A stretch of DNA of 64,000 nt from Candidatus Uhrbacteria bacterium (GTDB lineage: Bacteria > Patescibacteriota > Patescibacteriia > UBA9934): assembly GCA_903827265.1 (NCBI GenBank), contig CAIKHN010000004.1, positions 104,067 through 168,066 on the forward strand, given 5' to 3'. A program made the position numbers and the translations under genes. The notes under the pieces are model-generated. The model saw only the letters and a list, made by a program, of their open reading frames with translations. It searched no databases and was not told where the DNA came from. Of the stretch, positions 13,755-22,801 are shown piece by piece; positions within the stretch are counted from its first letter, which is position 1, and each line of letters starts with the position of its first letter.

Positions 13755-14759
13755 TTAATATCGAGTCGAAGGAGGGAAAAGGTGAACGCTGTCAATGTCA
13801 TTCGCACCGGCCAAGAGCATGACCAGCCGATCGACGCCCAGTGCATTGCCGCACGTGGGAGAACGCAAGGATGGTAACGCGGCGAGCAAGTCTTCGTCAA
13901 TTGGGAATACTTCTTTTTTCGCTAACCTTCGCTCTTCGCCCTCAAGAACAAATCTGCGGCGTTGTTCTTCTGCATCGGTGAGCTCGGTGAACCCATTACA
14001 CATCTCCAGCTCTCCGACGAATGCTTCGAACCGTTCCGCGTAGCGTCCATCTGGACTTACCTTCGATAAGGAAGCACACGGAACCGGGTACTCGCAAAGC
14101 ATGAATCGACCGCGAGTGACGATCGTTGGCCAAACAATCGCCTGAAATAATCGATCAATGATTTCGTGGACCGGCTCGTCGAGTGCCGGTTCGGCGACCT
14201 CGAACGTATTGCACGAATCGATGAGGCGCTCGCGATCGTCGTCGTGGGGAACGAATCCGAAAACGTTTTCGAACTCGTCGACGTAACTTACGCGAAGCCA
14301 TTCACCTCCCCCCGACCCCCTCCTTGGTAAGGAGGGGGAGCTTTCACCGAGCACAAAATCGATGAGTTCTCCAGTTTCGATCATGAGGTCGCGATAATCC
14401 TTTCCCTGGTGATACCACTCGAGCATCGTGAACTCGATGCTCCAGCGTTGACCCGGCATTTCGCGATCGCGGAAGACGGGGGCAAGCGTGAAGATTTTTT
14501 CCATTCCTCCACCAAGCAATTTCTTCATGCTGTACTCCGGACTCGTGATGAGTCCCATTCTTGTCGAATGTGCATTCGGTCCGTCGGTGTGAACATCAAC
14601 GGCGAGTGGCGACAAGTTTGGTTCCATCCCCGGCGACTTCACGACGATCGGAGTGACGACTTCGATGTATCCGCGCGATCGAAAGAACTCGCGAATGCGA
14701 TCGGTCGCCGTGTTCCAGAGTTGCGCGCGAAGTTCGAGGTCAGATTTGGAGAGAGACAT
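13755..14759 (-). CDS. epmA: EF-P lysine-lysyltransferase (PoxA/GenX, a truncated class II LysRS paralogue)
   Basis: It has class II aaRS core motifs, lacks an anticodon-binding domain, and sits immediately upstream of efp in the same orientation. Confidence 0.8.
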   Translation of the reverse strand: MSLSKSDLELRAQLWNTATDRIREFFRSRGYIEVVTPIVVKSPGMEPNLSPLAVDVHTDGPNAHSTRMGLITSPEYSMKKLLGGGMEKIFTLAPVFRDREMPGQRWSIEFTMLEWYHQGKDYRDLMIETGELIDFVLGESSPSLPRRGSGGGEWLRVSYVDEFENVFGFVPHDDDRERLIDSCNTFEVAEPALDEPVHEIIDRLFQAIVWPTIVTRGRFMLCEYPVPCASLSKVSPDGRYAERFEAFVGELEMCNGFTELTDAEEQRRRFVLEGEERRLAKKEVFPIDEDLLAALPSLRSPTCGNALGVDRLVMLLAGANDIDSVHLFPPSTRY

Positions 14760-14805
14760 ATGTGAGAAACAAAAGAATGGCTCATCGCCACTCTCTTGTT
14801 ATCTA

Positions 14806-15036
14806 TTACACGATCACGAATGGAAGCAATGCGATGATACGAGCACGCTTGATTTCGTTCGAGACTTCGCGCTGGTGTTTTGCACACACACCACTTCGCT
14901 TGCTTGCAACAATCTTTCCGAATGAGGAAAGGAAGCGCTTCAAGACTTCAGTGTTCTTGTAGTCAATCACCGTATCGCGGTTCACACAGAAGTAGCAGTA
15001 ACGTTCTGCCTTATTGTTTGCTGATGGGTTTGCCAT
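14806..15036 (-). CDS. rpsR: 30S ribosomal protein S18
   Basis: The sequence contains YCYFC, IDYKNTEVLKRFLSSFGKI and CAKHQREVSNEIKRARIIALLPF. Confidence 0.92.
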   Translation of the reverse strand: MANPSANNKAERYCYFCVNRDTVIDYKNTEVLKRFLSSFGKIVASKRSGVCAKHQREVSNEIKRARIIALLPFVIV

Positions 15037-15173
15037 AAATTATATAGATTGAAAACTTTCACATTTGAGGCTAGTTTCGATGAACGGCGAGTAAAGTTTC
15101 CGAGGTGTACTTCGTGGTACATCGAGGAAATTTACGAAGGCGTGAGTCGAAAATAGACCAAATGGGGAAGTTT

Positions 15174-15632
15174 TTAGAATGGAATGTCTTCGAGTTTGAT
15201 TTCGTCATCTGGATTCGCAGCAGGTTCATCGGCCATTGCTGCGGCACCAACGCTCATTGGAACAGCACCAGTATTTGCGCCACCGGCCATTGGGCTTCCG
15301 CCACGATCAAGCATGATCATGTTTTCAGCAACAATTTCCGTGCGGTACTTCTTTTGTCCGTCTTGGCCTTCCCAGTCGCGGGTCTGCATGCGGCCGTCAA
15401 CGTACACTTTTTTCCCTTTCACCAAATACTGCGCACAAATCTCTCCCAATTTTCCCCACGCAACAACGTTGTGATAATCAGGTTGATCTTTCTTTTGCCC
15501 GCTCGCATCGGTATAGACGCGATTGGTTGCAAGAGAGAAGGAGCACACTGACTGTCCACTCGTCGTTTTGCGGAGCTCGGGATCTCGAGTGAGATTTCCG
15601 ATTAACATGGCCTTATTGAGCGAGTTTGCCAT
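15174..15632 (-). CDS. ssb: single-stranded DNA-binding protein
   Basis: It has an OB-fold N-terminus, a Gly/Ala-rich linker and an acidic C-terminal DDEIKLEDIPF tail. Confidence 0.95.
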   Translation of the reverse strand: MANSLNKAMLIGNLTRDPELRKTTSGQSVCSFSLATNRVYTDASGQKKDQPDYHNVVAWGKLGEICAQYLVKGKKVYVDGRMQTRDWEGQDGQKKYRTEIVAENMIMLDRGGSPMAGGANTGAVPMSVGAAAMADEPAANPDDEIKLEDIPF

Positions 15633-15653
15633 AGGACGAAATCGATTCGAGAC

Positions 15654-16145
15654 TTAGATATTTTTCAGAATATCAGAATCGAGGATTTGGTCGAGCTTGT
15701 CGTTGAGTTCTGCCGTGGACATCTTTGCCTTTTCTGCGGCAGCAGCCTCACCTGGACGCTCGGTACGCGTACGTGGAGCGTCTTCGCGCTCGCCTGCTCG
15801 GCGACCTTCAGCATTCAATGGCGGCTGGTACGACGTCATCTTGAATACCGTTGCTGGAATTCCTTCTGGACGAACAATGATGATATGACGAAGGACGTCG
15901 TCGGAAAGGCGAAGATCTTGGTCGATCTTTGCAACCTTTTCGCCAGCGACATCGACGTACGAAAGGATGTACGTTCCGTAGCGAACTTTGTCGATTGGGT
16001 ACGCCAACTTGATTTTACCCAAGTTTGTCGTCTTCTTTACTTCTGCACCGGATGCGGTGTAGATCGCTTCAATCTGCGTCACCACACCATCGATCTCAGA
16101 ATCTGAGAACTTTGGCGGAATAATGGACATGATCTCGTAGATCAT
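15654..16145 (-). CDS. rpsF: 30S ribosomal protein S6
   Basis: It starts MIYEIMSIIPP at the ATG at 16145 and lies in the rpsF-ssb-rpsR operon order. Confidence 0.9.
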   Translation of the reverse strand: MIYEIMSIIPPKFSDSEIDGVVTQIEAIYTASGAEVKKTTNLGKIKLAYPIDKVRYGTYILSYVDVAGEKVAKIDQDLRLSDDVLRHIIIVRPEGIPATVFKMTSYQPPLNAEGRRAGEREDAPRTRTERPGEAAAAEKAKMSTAELNDKLDQILDSDILKNI

Positions 16146-16344
16146 AGGATTTGCTCGCCACGTCGTTCGCGAACAACGTGGGACCCAATGGGCCATGGAC
16201 AAGAATAAGTGCGAAGACTGTAACGGAACAGACCCTTTACGTCAAGCCAAAAAACTGCTAACCTCAGCTGTCCGTTACGCTCGCCAGTTCTGGCTGATGC
16301 GCAACGCGATTCCCGTCCTTTCACCCTCAGGTTCAGGAGCTCCA

Positions 16345-17958
16345 ATGGCCCAGAAGCAGTCCTACGTCCCGATGTACACGCCCGATCATACGCTCGAAAA
16401 CGGTAAGTACCGCCTCGTGCGCCTTCTCGGCCACGGTGGCTACGGAGAGGTCTGGCTCGCAACCGATACGGCCAACAACAGCAAAGTCGCAATCAAGGTC
16501 AAGCAGTGGACCATCACGAGCACCACGACGATTGGCCGATTCGAAGACGAATGCACCGTCGCAATAAAGCTCGGAAAGTCCCCGTACATCGTCCAGGCAC
16601 GGAGTTTTCTCCGGTGGATGGAAGGGGAACGCGAGATGATGGCCATCGTGTATGAGTACATCGAGGGCGGGAAAACCCTTCGCGACTACATGGATGCCAG
16701 TCCGCTCACCGAACTTGAGGCGCTTCGCATCGCATGCATCATTCTCGAAGGACTCATCGTCGCGCACGCGAACGGTGTGATCCATCGAGATTTGAAGCCG
16801 GACAACGTCCTCATGGACATGACGACGAATCCTCCGACCCCCATGCTTGCCGACTTCGGCACTGCGGCGATTTCGCATGAAAGCGGCGATCGCAGAACTC
16901 ACGTGCAAACGCAGTTCGGAACGCCTGCGTATGTCGATCCTATCCAATGGCTCGACGTTCGCAACGCCACACCGCGATCGGATCTCTTCTCGCTCGCAGT
17001 CATGCTCGCCGAAGCCGTCGGGGTTGATTCCCTGGCGGCAAATAGCGAGGTCATGACGTGGATGAACGAGGGTCGCCGAAAGGCATGGGTGTGTTCAATC
17101 GCGAACCCGCACATCGCCGACATCGTTCTCAAGGGAACGGAAAACGAGCTCATCGACGGCGACATCGTCGTCCGTCGGTTCGCCTCGGCGCGTGAAATGC
17201 TCGACGCCGTGAAAGACGCGGCGGTGAAAACCAGTCAGTACAAAGTTCCGAATCCGCTCGAGACCTACGTCGCTGACGAACCAGACATCCCCGAGCCGCC
17301 CCCGAGGCAATGGATCAAAGTCGTCTCTGGCGTCGTCGGACTCCTCGCGGTCGTCGGAATCGGTTCGCTGTTCTTGCCGAAGGAACAGCGGGACGCGCCG
17401 GAACCCGTAACGGTGGTGACAACGGTAGAAACACCGATCGTCGAACCGCCAAAGCCAGAACCGGTGATCGTCACGGCAAAACCCGTGGAGCTACCGAAGC
17501 CCGAACCGTCTGTCGAGATGCCGATCCCCAAGATCGAAGTCACGCCAGTGGCGAAGGTGGAAGTGAAACCGAAAGCGGAGCCGAAACCCGAACCCAAACC
17601 CGAGCCGAAGCCGGAACCGAAGCCCGAGCCACCAACGCCAGAAGTGGCAAAAGTGACGACGGCATCGGCAACGATCACCGCTCACCCGGCAACGGCGAAG
17701 GTCGGCGACGAAGTGAAAGTGGAGGCAAAAATCTCCATTCCGGACGGCGCAACGAGAAAAGACGTGAAGCTCTACTACAAAGGTGAGGATGGCGCGTTCC
17801 AGAATGTGACCGCAACGGTCAACGGCGATACCGCAACGGCAACGTTCAAGGTAAACGCCACGTTCGGCGCATCGGCATCGTACAAATTCGATGTTCGACT
17901 GGAGGGCGAAAACAAAGCCCACTGGAGCGCATTGGCCACGACGGCCATCACGCAGTGA
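16345..17958 (+). CDS. membrane-anchored Ser/Thr protein kinase with a PE/PK-repeat linker and an extracellular C-terminal domain
   Basis: The kinase subdomains (GHGGYGEVW, AIKV, HRDLKPDNVLM, DFG) are followed by a TM helix (WIKVVSGVVGLLAVVGIGSLFL) and a (KPEP)n tract. The start was placed at the ATG at 16345 (AGGAG RBS); the upstream ATG at 16195 is an alternative. Confidence 0.85.
   Translation: MAQKQSYVPMYTPDHTLENGKYRLVRLLGHGGYGEVWLATDTANNSKVAIKVKQWTITSTTTIGRFEDECTVAIKLGKSPYIVQARSFLRWMEGEREMMAIVYEYIEGGKTLRDYMDASPLTELEALRIACIILEGLIVAHANGVIHRDLKPDNVLMDMTTNPPTPMLADFGTAAISHESGDRRTHVQTQFGTPAYVDPIQWLDVRNATPRSDLFSLAVMLAEAVGVDSLAANSEVMTWMNEGRRKAWVCSIANPHIADIVLKGTENELIDGDIVVRRFASAREMLDAVKDAAVKTSQYKVPNPLETYVADEPDIPEPPPRQWIKVVSGVVGLLAVVGIGSLFLPKEQRDAPEPVTVVTTVETPIVEPPKPEPVIVTAKPVELPKPEPSVEMPIPKIEVTPVAKVEVKPKAEPKPEPKPEPKPEPKPEPPTPEVAKVTTASATITAHPATAKVGDEVKVEAKISIPDGATRKDVKLYYKGEDGAFQNVTATVNGDTATATFKVNATFGASASYKFDVRLEGENKAHWSALATTAITQ
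17566..17633 (+). repeat. tandem 12-nt repeat encoding KPEPKPEPKPEPKPEP inside the kinase gene
   Basis: The units read (AAR CCN GAR CCN)n. Confidence 0.7.
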
Positions 17959-17966
17959 CCACACGC

Positions 17967-18008
17967 GGCGGCCCGGGAGTGATTCCGGGCCGCCCTCGCG
18001 TTTTCTTT
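17967..18008 (+). terminator. rho-independent terminator (GGCGGCCCGG-gagtgatt-CCGGGCCGCC followed by a T-rich tract)
   Basis: A 10-bp GC stem followed by ctcgcgttttctttat lies directly after the kinase stop. Confidence 0.6.
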
Positions 18009-18073
18009 ATACTGGCAGTATCCTTCCCCCTACTGCCAACTGTCTACTCCCTACTGCCTATTTTTCCCCCAAT

Positions 18074-19255
18074 ATGCAAACCTTCGCCATTCTTGGCAGC
18101 CATCCAACGCTTTCCCTTGCCGAACTCGCCGTCGTCACCGGTCAAAAACCAACACAAACCGTTGGTGACGTTGCAATTTTCGATGACATGAACGAGAACC
18201 TCGAAGCACTCAATGCAAAACTTGGTGGCATTCAAAAAATTGGCGTCGTCATCGGGTCTGTCCCAACCTGGAACCACGCCGACCTTGCAGAGTTCCTTGT
18301 GAATGATCTTCTTTCCGAATCTCCTGAAGGCAAAATCCATTTTGGAACCAGCGTTTACAGCCTCGGCAACAACAGCGGTACAGAGAACGCGCGTCGCAAC
18401 GCATCAAAGCTCGGCATGGAAATCAAATCCGAACTTCAGAAAGCCGATCACCCGGCACGCTACGTCATTTCGTCGTCACCAACTCTTTCATCGGTGGTCG
18501 TTACAAAAAACCATCTCCTCGAACGCGGTGCAGAATATTGCTTCTTTGTAAGTCAATCCGAAATCCTTATCGGCAAAACCGTCGGTGTACAAGATGTTGA
18601 TGCTTGGGCCGGTCGCGATTTTGGTCGTCCACGTCGCAATGCAAAGCAGGGAATGCTCCCACCAAAACTTGCGCGCATGATGGTGAATCTTTCCGGCGCC
18701 AATGTCACAACGTCAACGGTGATGGATCCATTCTGCGGATCAGGAACCATTCTTATGGAAGCAGCACTCCTCGGCGCACAAGCACTCGTCGGCAGCGATA
18801 TCAACGCAGAAGCAACAGCAGACACCAAAGAAAATCTGGAATGGATGCGCAATCAGGGAATGCCGATGCCATCATACAAACTCTATCCAAACTCGGCGCA
18901 AACCGTCAGCCCAAATCTGAAACCAGGATCCATCGACGCGATTGTCACTGAAACGTATCTTGGTCGGCCGCGCAAAGGTACAGAGACACATCGCGAAGTC
19001 GACGACGCCGTTTCCTACGTCGCGAACCTCTATCGTGAAGCATTCTCCGCTCTCGCACCAAGTCTCCGCTCCGGTGCCTCGCTCCTCATTGCCGCACCGG
19101 TTCATACATTCGAAGGCAAAGACATCGCATTCGATGCTCGCACGATTCTCGAACCTCTCGGCTACACACACTCTCCACTTCCCTACGAACCTGTTATCTA
19201 CCGCCACGAAGGCCAACTGGTCGGTCGAAGAATGTGGAGGTTTACGAGGAACTAA
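18074..19255 (+). CDS. class I SAM-dependent RNA methyltransferase (THUMP-associated, Trm14/RlmL-like)
   Basis: It carries motif I DPFCGSGTILMEAA and an N-terminal THUMP-like region. The start was placed at the ATG at 18074 (MQTFAILG). Confidence 0.6.
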   Translation: MQTFAILGSHPTLSLAELAVVTGQKPTQTVGDVAIFDDMNENLEALNAKLGGIQKIGVVIGSVPTWNHADLAEFLVNDLLSESPEGKIHFGTSVYSLGNNSGTENARRNASKLGMEIKSELQKADHPARYVISSSPTLSSVVVTKNHLLERGAEYCFFVSQSEILIGKTVGVQDVDAWAGRDFGRPRRNAKQGMLPPKLARMMVNLSGANVTTSTVMDPFCGSGTILMEAALLGAQALVGSDINAEATADTKENLEWMRNQGMPMPSYKLYPNSAQTVSPNLKPGSIDAIVTETYLGRPRKGTETHREVDDAVSYVANLYREAFSALAPSLRSGASLLIAAPVHTFEGKDIAFDARTILEPLGYTHSPLPYEPVIYRHEGQLVGRRMWRFTRN

Positions 19256-19258
19256 AAA

Positions 19259-19588
19259 TTATTCATCAAAACCAAGAAGTTCATGCAATCGCGCATGGAC
19301 TTCTTTTCGATATCGCGGTTCGAGCACTCCAAGTTTTCCGATAGCGCATTTTGTGTCTAATGTTGAGAGCTTCGAAAGACAAAGAACGGAATTGATACGC
19401 AATCCATTTTCCACCGATTTTGAAACTGACACATCGTACAGTGATTTTCGCAGAAGATTACTCGTAAGAAAGGCGATGATCATGTCTCCACGTTTTTCGC
19501 TCACGAACAATACAACCGCAGGGCGTACTCTTTGCCCTGAAAGATCAGAAAACGGAAAAGGCGTTAAGACAATATCCCATCTACGCAT
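19259..19588 (-). CDS. type II toxin, MazF/PemK family endoribonuclease
   Basis: RRWDIVLTPFPFSDLSGQRVRPAVVL is a PemK/MazF signature. The start ATG overlaps the stop of the upstream ORF in the string ATGCGTAG. Confidence 0.75.
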   Translation of the reverse strand: MRRWDIVLTPFPFSDLSGQRVRPAVVLFVSEKRGDMIIAFLTSNLLRKSLYDVSVSKSVENGLRINSVLCLSKLSTLDTKCAIGKLGVLEPRYRKEVHARLHELLGFDE

Positions 19589-19832
19589 ACACTTCCTGCA
19601 AATCATCTTTCGAATACAAATCCGGTTCGTCTTTCAAGAAATCGAAGCTCGATGAGTTTGCATTAATATTTGTAATATCACTCACGCTCGGATTGTAATG
19701 CTCTGGAAACTTAATGATGATCGCGTCATGGCGACTATGCCGTCCAACGACAAAGATCTCGTTAGAGTGCTTAACTTCATCGAGAATGTGTTTAATGTTT
19801 TTTCGCGCAACCGTAGTGCTGACGACTTTCAT
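19581..19832 (-). CDS. type II antitoxin (cognate of the MazF-like toxin)
   Basis: This 83-aa ORF sits immediately upstream of the toxin with a coupled overlap. Its family assignment (Phd/YefM-like or other) is uncertain. Confidence 0.55.
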   Translation of the reverse strand: MKVVSTTVARKNIKHILDEVKHSNEIFVVGRHSRHDAIIIKFPEHYNPSVSDITNINANSSSFDFLKDEPDLYSKDDLQEVYA

Positions 19833-19882
19833 ATGTACAGAATGTACAAAACTCTAATCGAATAGTCAAGGTCTATAAACCC

Positions 19883-19915
19883 AACGCCCCGCTGACTCTC
19901 AGAGCCGCGGGGCGT
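19883..19915 (-). terminator. terminator hairpin (AACGCCCCGC...GCGGGGCGTT)
   Basis: A 10-bp GC-rich inverted repeat lies downstream of the 19958-20305 gene. Confidence 0.45.
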
Positions 19916-19957
19916 TGACTGTTTTAACAAATCTGAGACGGACCAACGGACGCGTTT

Positions 19958-20305
19958 CTACGAAACCAACTTCACCTTAAACGCGACCAGTCCCTTTTCA
20001 TTCATCTCCCCCGGCGTGTAGTGCGTCATTAACTGCTGAATGAACTCGAGCTCGTTTGCGTAGTCACCTATCTCGGAGAGAGTGATCTTATCGAGAAGTC
20101 TCTGGACATTTGTAAACGGAACCTTCTCCTCAACGATCATCGGCAAGCGTTCCTCGAGCTCTGGTCGTTTCATGAATACGATCTCGTCGCCGACGCCAAC
20201 ACACTTTCGCTTATCATCATTTAATCGAACTTCCCACGTTTTCTTTCCAGCTTTCAAAAGTTCGAACGACTTCTTTTCCAAGCGCATCACCACAGAATTT
20301 GCCAT
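19958..20305 (-). CDS. ASCH (PUA-like) domain protein
   Basis: The 115-aa ORF (MRLEKKSFELLKAGKKTWEVRLNDDKR...VGDEIVF) has the layout of ASCH domains. Confidence 0.5.
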   Translation of the reverse strand: MANSVVMRLEKKSFELLKAGKKTWEVRLNDDKRKCVGVGDEIVFMKRPELEERLPMIVEEKVPFTNVQRLLDKITLSEIGDYANELEFIQQLMTHYTPGEMNEKGLVAFKVKLVS

Positions 20306-20317
20306 AGTCGGTTCAGT

Positions 20318-21394
20318 TTAGACGTTCACTCTAAAATGGCACACGTCGCCATCCTGCATAGTGTATTCCTTTCCCTCAATCCGTAGTTTACCAGTATCGC
20401 GAGCACCAGACTCTCCGTTGCACGCAACAAAGTCTGAATACGAAATAACTTCAGCACGAATAAAGTTTTTCTCGAAGTCAGTATGGATGACCGCAGCCGC
20501 TTGTGGCGCTTTTGTACCAACCAAAATTGTCCATGCACGAGTTTCCTGAACACCAGTCGTGAAGTACGTGATGAGATTCAAAAGCTTATAACACTCGCGA
20601 ATCACACGATCGAGTCCGGATTCTTTCAATCCAATATCTGCCAAAAACATTTTGGCGTCTTCTGGAGAGAGTCCCGCAATCTCGGCTTCAATCTTCACCG
20701 AAATTGGAATCGCCATGCGCGTTGGTCCAAGTGGCGATACCCAATCTGCTCGCGTTGCATCGGCCTCGTCGACGTTCACAACGTAAAGAATCGGCTTTGC
20801 GGTAAGGAGCGACATCGTTTTCATGAACTGTGCCTCGTCGTCAGTAAATTCAACGCTTCGCGCAAGTTCACCTTTCACAAGTGCGGTCTGCAACTTCTCG
20901 AGTGCCGATGCTTGTGCAACAAGATCGGCGTTCTTCCCTGCTTTCATCTTTCCCGTTACAGTTCCGAGCATTTTTTCGACGGTCGACAAGTCTGCCATTG
21001 CGAGCTCGAGCTCAATCACCTCAACGTCGCGCTTTGGATCGATCGATCCATCGACGTGAACGACGTTCGAATCCGGAAACGCGCGAACGACGTGAACAAT
21101 CATGTCTGTCTCGCGAATGTTCGCAAGGAACTTGTTCCCGAGGCCCTCGCCTTTGTGCGCGCCTTTAACGAGACCAGCGATATCGACGAACTCGATCGCA
21201 GTCGGAATCAACTTCGTGGTTCCCGAAATCGCCGCAAGTTTTGCGATACGCTCATCAGGAACCGCAACCGTTCCGACATTTGGCTCGATAGTACAAAACG
21301 GAAAGTTTGCGCAGTCGACCTGTTTTTTTGTAAGCGCAGTAAACAACGTCGATTTCCCGACATTCGGAAGCCCAACAATTCCAACATTCAGCAT
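20318..21394 (-). CDS. ychF: redox-regulated ATPase YchF (Obg-family GTPase)
   Basis: The P-loop MLNVGIVGLPNVGKST and the TGS-like C-terminus identify it. The start was set at the ATG at 21394. Confidence 0.92.
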   Translation of the reverse strand: MLNVGIVGLPNVGKSTLFTALTKKQVDCANFPFCTIEPNVGTVAVPDERIAKLAAISGTTKLIPTAIEFVDIAGLVKGAHKGEGLGNKFLANIRETDMIVHVVRAFPDSNVVHVDGSIDPKRDVEVIELELAMADLSTVEKMLGTVTGKMKAGKNADLVAQASALEKLQTALVKGELARSVEFTDDEAQFMKTMSLLTAKPILYVVNVDEADATRADWVSPLGPTRMAIPISVKIEAEIAGLSPEDAKMFLADIGLKESGLDRVIRECYKLLNLITYFTTGVQETRAWTILVGTKAPQAAAVIHTDFEKNFIRAEVISYSDFVACNGESGARDTGKLRIEGKEYTMQDGDVCHFRVNV

Positions 21395-21516
21395 AGAGAG
21401 AAAAATTATGCGTAGCCTACTCTCAAATTGACTTTTTCGCAATTTTCGGCTACGGTTAGCCCTCCCATTCATGGGAAATCGTGCCGGATCACAACTTCCA
21501 GGAGGCTTCGAAAGCC

Positions 21517-22593
21517 ATGCTCGCTCCTTTCATCCTCATCGTCCTCTCCGTCTTCCCCGCCCTCGCCAACGACAGCGTTCAGACGAACGCGATCGTCGCC
21601 TCGCCGTTCGGCGGCAACCCCGAACTGTCGGTGCTGGCCATCGTCATGACGTGCGGTTCGCATTCCGCGTCCTTCGAGACGACGGAACATGCGCTCCGGG
21701 AACGGAACGACACCGCGATCATCACGGTGGAGAACCCGACGTCCGCGGAGCTCATGAAGGAGCTCGACGACGTTCGCGTCACGCTCGACGGTGCCCAGTT
21801 CGGCAAGGTGCTGTTCCTCTATGAAGGGGACGCGCAAGGCGGCGACACGAACGACGAAACGCTCGGGTGCGCCGAACCGATTGTGTTCGCGGACGTCATG
21901 GAACACCTGAAGCCGCTCGGCACGTCGGCAATCGCCATCTTGGATGCGTCGCAAGCCGACTTCGGCCCGACCGCCAACGACTGGCGTGATGCCGGAATGC
22001 CCGGATTCGCAATCAGCAGCGGACCGGAAGGAAAGAAAGCCGCGGACGGCCTCATGGCCGCGTTCGCGGAAACCATGAAGGCGAGCAACGGCGGAACCAT
22101 CACGATGGGCGACCTCGTGATTGGTCTGCGGACGCGAGCGCCACTCCTCGAGCTGGCGTTCTCGACTGGAGTGAATCTCAACGACGGTTGGACGAACAAC
22201 CCCGGACGGCAAATCTTCCCCGGTGGAGGAGTCATCGCTCCTCCAGTTGTGCCCGTGCCGCTTCCGACGGTGGCCGCAACGCCACCCAAGAAGAAGGTTC
22301 CGACGGGATGTGCCGTCGCCGGCGCTGGCGTGCTCCTCGAGATTGGTGCCGGTGTGTTCGCCTTCGAGGCAAACACGAACTACACCGCACTCGTCGACTA
22401 CAACGAGAACGGCAACGAAACGCAGGAAGAGCTCCGGAGCGCGACCGATGGGTACCATGTCGACCTCGTGGTCGCCATCACCTCCGGCGTGATCGGGGGC
22501 GCGGCGATCGTCAGCGGGACGTGGATGATCCTCAACCACAAGGTAGAACTCAACGTCGCCCCGGGCGCCGCGGTGCTTCACGGGACGTTCTGA
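21517..22593 (+). CDS. secreted/membrane-anchored hypothetical protein, GC-rich (about 65%)
   Basis: It begins with the signal peptide MLAPFILIVLSVFPALA (GGAGG RBS) and ends with hydrophobic segments near the C-terminus. No confident domain was found. Confidence 0.5.
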   Translation: MLAPFILIVLSVFPALANDSVQTNAIVASPFGGNPELSVLAIVMTCGSHSASFETTEHALRERNDTAIITVENPTSAELMKELDDVRVTLDGAQFGKVLFLYEGDAQGGDTNDETLGCAEPIVFADVMEHLKPLGTSAIAILDASQADFGPTANDWRDAGMPGFAISSGPEGKKAADGLMAAFAETMKASNGGTITMGDLVIGLRTRAPLLELAFSTGVNLNDGWTNNPGRQIFPGGGVIAPPVVPVPLPTVAATPPKKKVPTGCAVAGAGVLLEIGAGVFAFEANTNYTALVDYNENGNETQEELRSATDGYHVDLVVAITSGVIGGAAIVSGTWMILNHKVELNVAPGAAVLHGTF

Positions 22594-22603
22594 AACACAC
22601 GAC

Positions 22604-22640
22604 GAATGCGGCTCGAATCTCCCCCGGGAGACTCGAGCCG
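22604..22640 (+). terminator. terminator hairpin (GCGGCTCGA...TCGAGCCGC)
   Basis: A 9-bp stem directly follows the 21517-22593 gene. Confidence 0.5.
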
Positions 22641-22713
22641 CTGTTCATATCATTTCGTATATTCAACGAATCCTACATTTCGCTAACATTAGCCAATATA
22701 CTCACTTTTCCAC

Positions 22714-22742
22714 TTGAAAAATAACCATTTTTGTGCTATAGT
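22714..22742 (+). promoter_or_regulatory. sigma70-like promoter TTGAAA-N17-TATAGT with an extended -10 TG
   Basis: The -35 box is at 22714-22719 and the -10 box at 22737-22742, preceded by tgtgc. It sits about 55 nt upstream of the lipoprotein gene. Confidence 0.5.
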
Positions 22743-22801
22743 TATCTGTCCGAGTAACTCAAAACCCCGGCCTTTTGGCCACAACTCTCGAGGTTCCCGC
22801 C

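Noticed and set aside
16195-16344. Longer N-terminus for the Ser/Thr kinase (MDKNKCEDCNG...)
   Set aside because: The ATG at 16345 has an AGGAG RBS, and the alignable kinase N-lobe starts shortly after it. The upstream extension would leave only 50 bp for the divergent rpsF promoter. It is kept as an alternative start.
20483-21415. 310-aa plus-strand ORF
   Set aside because: It is antisense to ychF.
21469-22581. 370-aa minus-strand ORF
   Set aside because: It mirrors the plus-strand secreted-protein gene in a 65% GC region. The plus frame has a signal peptide, an RBS and sensible composition, whereas the minus frame is Arg/His/Gly-rich garbage.
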